Source: Octopus sinensis
Lineage: Eukaryota
Length of the DNA stretch: 64,000 nt
Direction: 5' to 3'
Assembly: GCF_006345805.1 (NCBI RefSeq)
Contig: NC_042998.1
Coordinates: 141,484,001 to 141,548,000 of the forward strand
Of the stretch, positions 11,810-24,028 are shown piece by piece. Position 1 is the stretch's first letter; each line of letters opens with the position of its first letter. The notes beneath the pieces were generated by a model. The model worked only from the letters and a program-made list of their open reading frames with translations. It made no database searches and was not told the origin of the DNA. Position numbers and translations under genes: made by a program.

Positions 11810-12685
11810 GAATGTATGTGCTTTTATATACATATATGCGAGTGTGTGTGTACGTCTTTCTGTTTTAGTACACAATGTAACATGAGTATTACATGTGCAA
11901 CACAATATTGCAGAAGCAGTAGATAGGTAAGCAGTACTTATGTAACATGATATAACATGAGTTATAACATAGGTAACACAATGTAACACAACGTGAGCAT
12001 TATATATATAACACTATTAATCTGGCTTGGAGTATGAATTGACACAAAATTGTGATGGAAGGTTTTAAGCTTAGATTACTTTCAAATAGGAAACTTTGAA
12101 TCACTGGACCAGGGTGTGGTCCCAGACAGGTTGATATGGAAAAGGTTAATACTGCAATGTGAAGAAATCATTGCAACTGCAAGTGAGAGATGTGAACCAT
12201 CGTGACTAACTGAGTAAACAGGGTGCATGGTTTGAGGCAAAGGATTAACTCTGGGATTTAATATCAATGATTTAATGGAATGGTTTCCAAAGAAACTGAA
12301 CTGCAAACACATCTATGAAGATTAAAGGTAATAAGCACTAGTATTAGTAGAAGTGGTGGTGGTGGTGGTAATAGTATTAGTAGTATGTGGGTGGGTGTGT
12401 TCGGGGGATGTAATCTGATATTTGAATAATTGATTAGTTATAATGTTTGTATGGTATGTCAACATCTATTTCTTCAAGAGACCCAAACAACTTCAATTCC
12501 ATTTCAAGTTCACTTTTGTGTGAAGGATATAACAGAGAAGTGAGTATGAGAGGATTTGTGGGCAAATCTGCTAATGAAACTGCTAATGAAAAGCTCTCAA
12601 TTTCTGGGAGAAAGAGAACCAGAGTTCTTAACCCTTTAGCATTCAGATTACTCTATCAAATTTAATGCATTTTTTTATTAAATGC

Positions 12686-13050
12686 TGGCATGGCTGTGTG
12701 GTAAGAAGCTTGCTTTCCAACCACATGGTTCTGGGTTCAGTCCCACTGCATGACACCTTCAGCAAGTGTCTTTTACTATAGCCTCAGGTCAACTGAAAGC
12801 TTATGAGTAAATTTGATAGACAGAAACTGAAAGAAGCCCATCATGTATGTGTGTGTGTGAGTGTTTGAATATTTGTTCCCCCCACTGCTTGATATCTGTG
12901 GGTTTGTTTATCTCTTGTAAGTTAGCAGGTTGTCAAAATGAGACCAAGTATCAACCTAAAATATGTGTAGGGGTTGCGCTTTTCAACTAAATCCTTCAAG
13001 GTGGTGCTCCAGCATGGCTGTAGTCTGATGAGTGAAACAGCTAAAAAAAT
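12686..13050 (+). mobile_element. tRNA-derived SINE, family 1
   Basis: ggcatggctgtgtggtaagaag (A-box-like), ggttcagtccc (B box), standard body and tail. Further copies at ~13301-13680, 22515-22907 (-), 53370-53720 and 58720-59070. Confidence 0.8.
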
Positions 13051-13475
13051 AACAGTATAAAAAATACAATCACTTGCCTCCATTGATCAATTTGCTATGG
13101 ACACATGTTGCTGTGTGTGCCATAACAATGATTTTTCTTTACAAATATAAAGAGCAGCAAAACATCAAATTTAATGATGAAATCCAGACGAAGATAAGGG
13201 AGACGACTCTGTCACCTAAACTGAAACAAGATGAGCATTAAGCTTCTGTTTTTTTCTCTTATTACCTCATGTAATTTTAATTAATTTAAATAGTTTTCAT
13301 TAGGCATGGTTATGTGGTTAAGAAACTTGATTTGCAACCATATAGTTTTGGGTTCAGCCCCACTGTGCTGCACCTTGGACAAGTGTCTTCTATTATAGCC
13401 CTGGGCTGACCAAAGCATTGTGAATGAATTTGGTTGACAGAAACTGTGTGGAAGCCTGCTGTGTGTGTGTGTATA

Positions 13476-13522
<47 letters not shown>

Positions 13523-14224
13523 TTTTGTTTTTGTACATCTTACTGTTTGACAACCGGTGTTGGTTTGTTTATGTCCTAGCATCTTAGTAGTTCAGCAAAA
13601 ATGACTGATAGAAATAGGTACCAGGCTTAAAAAAAAATAAAAAGATGCACAAGTATCGGGGTTGATCTGTGTGACTAAAATTCATTAAGTATATAAATAT
13701 GATCTTTGCTTTGAAATTTTACTATAACAAAACAATAAAAAAAGGCCCCTCAAATTAATCTTCCCTTGGTCATTTTTTTAAAAAGTTGCCAAGCCTAGCA
13801 AAGTTTATTCATTGAAATATTATCTCCCACATTCAATTGTAATTAATTTAAATTTCAGAATTGTCTCCCCTGCCATTTTGAACCAGAATTAATCATTAAG
13901 CTAATGGGTTTATTGTACTTTTCTCTGCTCTCTTCTCATCGGCAATAGTCTTAATTAATTAAAATTGCTTTGGCTCGCTATATTTAAGTAGGTGAGCACT
14001 GACTTAGCGTAACAAACATAGCTATGATACACAGCTGCATGTGTCTTTGATGAGTTGGATGTGTGAGTGATTGTATGTATAGTATTTTGTTTAATTATAT
14101 GCATATGTATGTGTGTGTGTGATTCAATGTTGAAGATACATAATTAAAGAAATGTGTTAAAATAATGGCTACCTTTTTTCAGATAATCAAAAGAATATAT
14201 GCATGTACATGTGTGTGAATGAAT

Positions 14225-14388
14225 GAATGAATATAATATATATGAATATATATATATATGAACATATAGATATATATTATATATATAGATATATATATAT
14301 AATATATATATATATATATGAACATATATATATAGATTATATATATATATGAACATATAGATATATATATTATATATATATATATATG

Positions 14389-14460
<72 letters not shown>

Positions 14461-14529
14461 CATATATATATATATATATATATATATGAACATATCTATA
14501 TATATATATATAATATATATATATATATG

Positions 14530-14607
<78 letters not shown>

Positions 14608-14695
14608 CATATATATAAATATATATATATATATGAACATATATATATATATATATATATATATGAACATATATATATACATATATATATATATG

Positions 14696-14743
<48 letters not shown>

Positions 14744-14747
14744 ATAT

Positions 14748-14781
<34 letters not shown>

Positions 14782-14782
14782 G

Positions 14783-14829
<47 letters not shown>

Positions 14830-14880
14830 TATGAACATATATAATATATATATATATATATATAAATATACATATATATA
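14225..14880. repeat. Compound (TA)n satellite punctuated by GAAC
   Basis: About 15 units of (AT)nGAAC with variable n; explains the long YIYI ORFs on both strands. Confidence 0.95.
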
Positions 14881-15096
14881 TATACACACAAACAGATATA
14901 TATATGTATGTGCACGAACACACAACATATATGTGTGTGTGTGTGCATATATATATGTGGTGTATATATATATATGCATATATGTATGTGTATATATAGA
15001 TATATATCTACTACATATTTGGAAAACCGGTGTGTGTTTGTTTGTGGCGTTGTTAGCTAACTCCTACATCGTTTTATTGATTTTGATGAAACTTGA

Positions 15097-16257
15097 CACG
15101 TGAGTAGAACTCATGTCTGGAAACCTTGTGACATACTTAGATCGTTAAAAAACTTGATAATATGGCCCCTGGAAGGGATCTTTATATCTACTTCATATAA
15201 CTAATTTTTTAAACACTCAAGAGAAATAACCCATAGCACCTGCACAATATTTTTTAACACAAGGGAAATAACCTATACCACTTGCACTTACAGTTGTTAG
15301 TTTTTAGTGAAGCGATCAATATTTGATTCACACAACCAGTGGACCTAATTCTGCATTTCACTACTCACAGTTTTCAACTGCTAATCCTTATTATTGCACT
15401 TTCTTGATGCATGTACACTTTCAATGCCCATAACTCCAATAGTTCTGCATTTTTCCAGTTAAAATTTTTTGATGACAGTACATAAATTTTTGATTCCAGA
15501 ACGTATATAAGTGTGTCCCAATATAATGAACTGATACTTTGAATGCTTAAAATTTAAAAAAAAATGAAACCAAACAACCACGCCACATTCAGTTGGGACA
15601 CCCTGCATCACTTATACTTATTTTACAAATCATAATATCTATTGCTTATTTACAGTTCATACACCATTTTCATGAAACTAATTGAGCCACTGAATTTAGA
15701 AATATTATACAGGTTTCATTGTACGATATATTTTTTTAAACACTCAAGGGAAATAACTCATTTCATTGTTTATGTCCGATTACTTTCAATATTGATATTT
15801 TGTGTGTCCTATTTCTAATTTATTGCAGACAATACAACTTTTATATTTTATTTAATACGTGAGTAGAACTCATAACTGGAAACCTCGTGACATACTTAGA
15901 TTGTTGAAAAAAATCGATAATAGGGTCCCTCCAAAGGATCCTTCTATCTACTACATATTACTAATATTTTATTTAAACAACCCAAAGGAAATAACCCATA
16001 CTACCTGCAGTTTTTAGTGAAGTGATCAATATTTGATTCTCACGAACAGCCAACCTAATTCTGCATTTCATGACTCACAGTTTTGAACTGCTAAACATTA
16101 TTATTGCACTTCCTTGATTTGAATCTTAAACATTAAAGACTTCATTCATACATTTCTATACATACTCTTTTGAATACCCATTACTCCAATAATTCTGCGT
16201 TTATGCAGTTACACCTTTTCCATGACAGTAGATAATTTTTTTTATTCCACAACGTAT
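15097..16257. repeat. Diverged direct repeats (~15097-15505 and ~15857-16257; partial third copy ~16550-16640)
   Basis: Both start cgtgagtagaactcat..ctggaaacct.gtgacatacttagat and share tttttagtgaag.gatcaatatttgattc, cctaattctgcatttca and gatgacagta; roughly 75-80% identical. Confidence 0.85.
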
Positions 16258-17059
16258 TTGTAGTGGCTTCATGCAGGCATAGCGTGGATTTGATCCTCGA
16301 TTGCCAGATTTCACTTAACATTTCAACAGCACTTTTCTCGTGGTAAAACAATAGTTTTTCTGTGAATGATAGCAGTGATACATTTCCCAGATGCCTTCGC
16401 TAAGCAGAATAATGTCTTTGCCACTTGACCCTTCTAACCTCTTCTAGGCCACCAGGGGCTGGAATGGAGATAACAGATCTCCAATGAAATCATTCATTCT
16501 CAACAATATGTCTATCCCGCTGGCTGCTTTTTGATAGTTATAAAAACAAGAACTCCATAAGCTAACTGAGTTGGAACATTATTGTTGCACTTTCTTCATT
16601 TCATTCTTAAATATTAAACACTTCATTCATATATTTATATACATATACACTACATTTATATATTACCTTTAATAAATCAGCCTTCATAAAGTTCACCTTT
16701 AAAATGCCACGAGTCAGAGTACTTTCTTGCCAATGTAATCTTCTCTTCAGGGAAGTGAAGAAATGAAACTCGTCAATGAGACATTTTAACAGAAAATGAT
16801 GGATTGTATAGTGATTAACTGAACGCTATTGATATTGTTTCAAAAAACCGTTATAGGATATAACGTCAGAGGTAGCCTATAGAAAGAGGAGGGATAAAGT
16901 AAAGAAAAACTATATTAATGAGAAGTATATGACTATATGTATATTAAATAAAACCATATAGACTAGGAAAAATATATATCTAGTGAATGTGAAATGTAAG
17001 AAGATAAGTAATGTTTAAATTATATATAATGATAGAAATCATGTATGAACTATATGAAC

Positions 17060-18110
17060 TAAGAGTGTGTTTCTGCCAATGTTTACATCGGTATACACGC
17101 TCTATGACCATGTTTACAATGGGACTTTTAGAAAAAAATAGTTCAGAATTACAGAGAAGACAGAATTCCTTGCCTTTGTCATAAGATATCGAGATTGAGA
17201 GAATCAACCAATCTAAATTAAATTGTTTATTGTCGTCTTTTAGATCCCAAATTAATTTACTAAGCCCTGTACTGTTACGTTTATTCATATCTCTAAATGT
17301 AGAGTAATGATTAGAAATTCTTTTAGATAACTGGGAGGATGTGCTACTTATATAAAATAATACTTGATTACGAGTAGTAATTTTACACTAGTATATAGAA
17401 TTTTTAATTTTAGAATTACTTCACATAAACTTGATTCTGTTGTAATTGACTTCAGATAAAATAACCTTGTAATTAATATTTCTAGAGGGATGGATGGTAT
17501 TAGCTAAATTAATGTTAGCATTAGTAAATGTATTACTATTTAACAGGTTGATATTATGTGAAGAGATAATTTGTAAGAAATTTTTTGCGTTGGAAAAACC
17601 AATCCTAACCACATGTGAGTTGATAATAGAGTAATACCTAGAATTCTTTGGAAAATTCCTAATAATAGCTTCATGAAACTGCAATGGAAGATTAGATTTA
17701 AGTTGCCTCCAGTATGGTTTTACTATTAGTTATTTTATTTTTAGTGTAATTATTTTTGAAAGACATAAATTTACCTTTAGAATAAAAATAGGGGATTAAA
17801 TAAGGGTTATCTCCCTTCCTCTGTCTTGTTTTGGTGTGTATATATATATATATATAATATATATATATACATATATATACACACACACACACACACACAT
17901 ATATATACACACATATATAGACAGACAGACAGACAAACGGATAGATAGATAGACAGAGATAGAGATAGACAGATATATATATACATACATACATAGATAC
18001 ACATACATATATAAAACTAATTCTATAAAACTGGCAAGATGAAAAGTATACTTAATCACATCAATTACACAGTCTAGACTGGCACTGAACATTCTATAAT
18101 TACTGTCTAT
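17060..18110 (-). mobile_element. Penelope-like retroelement remnant (RT C-terminal linker plus GIY-YIG endonuclease), pseudogenised
   Basis: Minus-strand translation gives FPKNSRYYSIINSHVVRIGFSNAKNFLQIISSHNINLL, then KNSIY*CKITT..LFYISSTSSQLSKRISNHYSTFR..KRNSTGLSKLIWDLK..W.I......C.LCN.E...YRCKHWQKH, the typical PLE C-terminus. Interrupted by stops, frameshifts and a microsatellite at ~17838-18012; the 18015-18110 part is less certain. Confidence 0.85.
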
Positions 18111-18572
18111 TAATTATTATTATTGTAGATGTAGTGTTGTATATGACTTAATCAAATATTTACCATTTTTTGAACCATGATCCTCTGATGTCCAAGCACC
18201 ATGAGGCTAAACTAATACAGGAGCCTCTACAAGGTCAGCTGATCTGCAAGAAGCTGCAACCAAATCTTTTTTCAAATCACATGCTGTTCTTTTAAAAAAA
18301 GAAAAGGCACATTGGAAAGTGTAGTTTGAGATCTATGGAGATAGTAATTGTTGGAATATGTTAGGCCTGCTCAGTTAGGGTTAGGGTTAAACAACTTTCT
18401 GTCAGAATGTGTTGAGAGGAAGAGAGTAAGAAGCTAGCAAAGACATTAGCAGATTGAAGTCATCAAAGTATGTACTAGAAACAAGAGCCCGGCTGAATGT
18501 ATGCAGCACAACATAGGGGTAACTGAAGAGTCCTGGTAGGCTGATGCCTGGATACAGCAATGATACCTGGCT

Positions 18573-18619
<47 letters not shown>

Positions 18620-19267
18620 TATATATGTCCTTACCTTTGAAACATGGAGTAGATAAAACAGGGGACAACTGATGAAGGGAATGTTCTTTATGTTGCATGT
18701 CTCGTTTCTCTGTTTTCTTTTTTTGTTGTTTGAAAAAATGTTCGTTTTCTACGTTTTTGTTTTTTATTTTCTCATTTCTCATTCTGTCCACGTTTTTTTT
18801 TATGTCCTGTACCCATATATGCATGTATATATACATAGATTTATATATTATTTATATTATTATGATCGAATGCCATGCATCCTTTTCCAAGTAAGTTTTA
18901 TCTATCTATGTATATCTATCTATCTATCTATATATATGACCAAATGTTTGTGCTGTGCTGTGTTTTAGCTCACCCACTCCATCAAATTGATATTGTCTGT
19001 ACAGGTTCACATGGTTCCACATGTTAGATACTGGAGTGACTGCAGAACAATGTGAAATTACTCAACAACACAATGCACTACCTGGTCCAAAAATTGAAAC
19101 CAAGATCTGATGATTGTGATTACAACACCTGAACCATTAGGCTATGTAACCTCTCTCTCTCTCTCTCCCCCCCACACACACAATAATATTAGACACGTTA
19201 GTCTGTGGTTGTCTGGTGTATGATCTGTGTGTGTGTGTGTGTATGTGTGTGTGTATATAGTAAAAGG

Positions 19268-19597
19268 ATAAAGACCCCCTTCAATCATGAATGACCATGG
19301 TATTGCACCTAGAAAGTTTTCCTCTGAGGCACAAGTCTGGGTAAGGTTGTTTATGGAAGACCAGCAGTCACCCATACATATAAAACTCCCCTCCCCATGT
19401 CACCGATGTTGTCCAAGGGAATGGCAAAGTCTGATACAGCTTGGCACCAGTGATGTCACAACTCATTTCTACAGCTGAGTGAACTGGAGCAATGTGAAAA
19501 AATGTGTCTTGCTCAAGAACACAACACCCAGCCCAGCCCGGGAATCAAACTCACTACCTCATGATTGTGATGTTCTAACCACAGAGCCATGCACCTT
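19268..19597 (-). mobile_element. tRNA-derived SINE, family 4
   Basis: Colinear with 10896-11226 (catgaatgacc.tgg.attgcacctagaaag...ggttgtttatggaagaccagcagtcac...gctcaagaacacaacac). Confidence 0.8.
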
Positions 19598-20801
19598 CAC
19601 ACACACACACACACATTATATATATATCAGTACTGCCTGACTGGCCCTCGTGCCAGTGGCACGTAAAAAGCACCCACTACACTCTCAGAGTGATTGGCAT
19701 TAGAAAGGGCATCCAGCTGTAGAAACCTAGATCAGATTAGAGCCTGGTACAGCCTTCTGGCTTGCCAGTCCTCAGTCAAACTGTTAAATGACAATGACGA
19801 CAATGATGATGATGAATACATATGAGTGCTTGCAGAAAAATAATACCAGATTTACAGCAAAGCAAAAATTATATCCGCTCATTCCAATCAACACCGAAAA
19901 CTAACACACATTACCAAATGATGATGTGGAGCAAATACTTCTACAAAAGTGTTGTAAGAAAAGCATAGTTGTGATCAACGCATTGTGTGTGTGCATTTTT
20001 GTGTTTGTTCCCATTGTTAGTTTGTTTACATCCTGATAACATAGCACCTTAGTAAAAGCAATCAACAAATGAGTACCAGACTGTAACAAAAGAAACAAGT
20101 CTTAGGATTGGTTTGTTCGACTAAATGCCTACAAAGCATTGCTCCAGCATGAGATAGTCCAATGACTGAAACAAGTGTAAAATAAAAAGTAGTTCTACAC
20201 TTAGAATAAGAAGCACTTAACCAGTTTATTATGAGAATAATAAACAATATTGGATTATACATTTATCTTTTTCCATACAAATTTTTAGCATTATTTTCAG
20301 ATAAAATTCCAAGAATATAATATTATTTCGGTGGAGAAGAATGCAGGAGACTTCACAAGTAATATACAATTCTCGATAAAATATGGCACACAGATTTGTG
20401 GTATTCAGATTTCTTTGAACGGTAAATCAGTCCTCACAAATTGCAGTCAACACAAGACAGACTGTCTACCTCATTAGTCAAAGGAAGTGTCTTCACCTGC
20501 TAATAACGACACAATAGAATCCAACATTGGTAACTGAATGAAGCATCTTAATCAGGGGACAAATGATCATGAATAGATAGATACTTTTACTCAATGCTTA
20601 AGAGCATTCTATATTAATGACTATAATGATGATGATGATTTTGATAATGATGAAGAATATTTGTATGTAGTATATATTTATAGATATATGTATATGTATG
20701 TGTGTATATATATGTGCATGCTTATATAGGTGTGTAACTGTGAATGAATATATATATATATATGCACCCATGGTAGCAGGAAGGTGGACGTTAAATGATG
20801 A

Positions 20802-20845
<44 letters not shown>

Positions 20846-21126
20846 CATAGGTCTGTGTGTGTATATATATATATATATAGGTATGTATATATATATTTAT
20901 ATATAGGTCTGTGTGTATATACATACGCACACACACACAACATATATACACACATACATAAAAATATATATATACACAATGCATAACCAGTAATACATAT
21001 TTCTGATACATACACAAATGAACTTAAGCAATATACACACACATTTATAAATATACCAATATATATTGCAACATTGATATATCCCACCAACACACATCAT
21101 AAAAAGAAATGCTTCATTAGCACACA

Positions 21127-21164
<38 letters not shown>

Positions 21165-22441
21165 TATGCTGCTAATTAGGTTAAAGGTAGATAACAATAC
21201 ATAGACGTTACAAAGGTTTCCTTCAAATATCTTATTTCATTCTTTTCTTTTCTTCCTCCTTTAAAAGTCTATTACTCTTCATTGTTCTGAAATGGTAATG
21301 TATTCTATTGATTATTTATTGAGGCAAAAGTTCCATTCTTGCACAGATATTCTCCATTGAGTCAATCCGAGTGTATTATTGGCACTTTTTGGTTTCAATG
21401 GAATTTGACCTCGGAACAATTGGATATTGAGCTAAAATACACCAAAGAGACCTTGTCTGGGGCTCTACTGCCAACACTATCTCAAGCATCTTATAAAAAC
21501 ACAATCATTCTAGGATTTAATACCACCACCACCATCTTCATCATCATTAAATGTCCACTTTTCCATGCTTGTTTGGGTCAGGCAGATTTACTCCCCGATG
21601 TCCTTATTGTCACCAACTCTTGTCTGTTTCTAAAAGTCAGGTGATATTTGTGATTTCCTAAATTACATGCTCCTTCTGCTTCAGATGTGAACAAACATAG
21701 TTGACTGCTTGATCGACTGACTGAATAATTAATCAAACAATTGATTAGTTAATTGGTTAAATGGCTAACCAATTGATTAATAAACAACAAAGAAGTGAAA
21801 GTGAACCAATGTATGTGTTTATTTTTGGCATGATGACTGTCCCAAGATGCAACAAAATCTGTTTCAACACATAAGCTCATAATAAGAATCATGCAAATCA
21901 AAATACCAGAATGAAATATCATTTTTCTTTGTTTTTGTTTTAATTTGAACTTAATCATATCGAAGACAGTGAAAATTAATCATCTTAGTTCAGCAATTTA
22001 TTTAAGAACAATGTAAACTACTTAAAGCGATATTCTTCAAATAGATATGCCAAAGTTGGTGTTGTTACCTGTGAAAAATTAAATCAAGTGGATAATATTT
22101 TCTTATAAACTATTGAAACAAGATTACTGCTACAGAGGACCAAGGCTTGGAATGAAATTTGAAATTTAAAATAGCTAGTTTTTAGAATAGATACATGAAA
22201 CTAGATATATTAGTACCACCATCCATCAGTCAACTGACTGATTTTTATTTTTTTATTTCTATATTTTTTTCTAGTATGTTTTAGTGATAAAAGTCTGGAA
22301 ATGTTTTCAGCATAGGGAAACAAAAATTATAACAACAAAACTAAGACTGCTGTTTCAGGTTTCTTTCTTACTGATGTTTGATTATCTATCCATCCATCAA
22401 CAAACCTTGTGTATCCATGCATGTAGTGGTATATGCTATAT

Positions 22442-22472
<31 letters not shown>

Positions 22473-23929
22473 ACAACATTGTTTAATGACCACTTCTTTT
22501 ATCTTTTAGTATATTCTTTTATTCTTTTACCTGTTTCATGACTACGGCCATGCTGGAGCACTGCCTTGAATGGTCTTAGTCGAACAAATTGACCCCAGGA
22601 GTTATCTTTTTAAGCCTAGTACTCATTCTATTGGTCTCTTGCCGAACTATTAAGTTATGGGGATGTAAACATACCAACACCAGTTGTCAAGCGGTGATGG
22701 GGGAACAAGCACAGATATAAACACACACACACACACACATATATATATACAATGAGCTTCTTTCAGTTTCCGTCTACCAAATCTACTCACAAGGCTTTGG
22801 TTGGCCCAAGATTATAGTAGAAGATACTTGCCCAAGATGCCACGCAGTGGGACTGAATCCTGAACCATACGGTTGCAAAGCAAGCTTCTTACCACACAGT
22901 TACACTGGCATCAATATATACATCTTAATATATAAAACATATGTATTTGTGTGTGTGTGTGTGTGTGCATGCGTGCATGTTCCTTATGGATTCAAAAACT
23001 GAGTTGCCGATTTTTATGTATAAGGTGTCAAAAGATTCAGTAGTTTTTCGGCTACCAAATAAAGTATGCTTTTTGCATAACTTTTTTTACTACAAAAATA
23101 ACCTTGCAAACAAGGTTGGTTCACAAAATTTTGAGGTCTTTAACTAAGGGAGGCAACTGTGCCTGAACAATAAGTTTTAAAGAAATCTGGACATCTTTCT
23201 TTCTTCAAGTTCAACTTCAAATTACATACACTCACGTATATGAGTGTGTGTGTGTGTTTGTATGTGAGTTACTGTCTCCTTGCCTTGATTTTGTGTGGTC
23301 ATTGTAAACGAGTGTCAGTTATGCAGGCAGTGTCATTTATGTCCAATCTTTCATGAAAGTATCCATGTAGAAATATTGCCTTACTTAGAAACAGGTAAGA
23401 GTTTGTAACTGGAAAGGCATCCAGCCAAAGAAAATCTGCCCCTACAAATTCCGTCTGGTCGAAACAAGCATGTAAAAGTTGATGCTAAAGTGATGATGAA
23501 ATACATACATATGTATGTACATATATACATACATAAATTTAAGTCACGACATATGGATTCACCTAATCTGGTGGTACTCATAAATAATGCTCCTTAATGT
23601 ATCATTCTACAATTCACATACAATCCATAGTATCATACAAATGTTTGTGCTTTGAAATGCTATGTTGAGATATAATTATAAACATGGAATTTTTTTAATC
23701 CGATGAGCAAGCTTAATATCTGCATTAATTTAAAAATTGTATATATATATATTAATACAGACATAGAAATAATTTATTATTTATAATAGAATATAATAAA
23801 ATAAATTGTTTATACAGGTTTATTAAGCTGCAAAATAATTGTTGTTAAATATGAATATTCAATGGTAAAATAAATTTAATCACATATTTATCATATATTT
23901 CTCTCTTTATTTGCCTCCGAGAGATGAAG

Positions 23930-24028
23930 AGTTAAATTTGACTTTGTATAGAGTCTGATGAGCTGTTCACAAAACTGTGGCTTTCGCTGATGTGAAACTA
24001 TTGATCACTCTATGACCAGACTTTAACT
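23930..24028 (+). ncRNA. Candidate type I hammerhead-like motif (degenerate)
   Basis: CTGATGA at 23955, GAAAC at 23994, TC at 24005-24006; 7-bp stem I (atagagt/actctat) plus a second 7-bp helix (agttaaa/tttaact). Stems II and III are irregular. Confidence 0.3.

Noticed and set aside
14144-15103. Long ORFs of 145-173 aa on both strands
   Set aside because: Translations of (TA)n/(TG)n repeats (YIYI, CVCV); no coding complexity.
18374-18390. TTAGGG telomere-like repeats (also ~10709)
   Set aside because: Only about two units; expected by chance.
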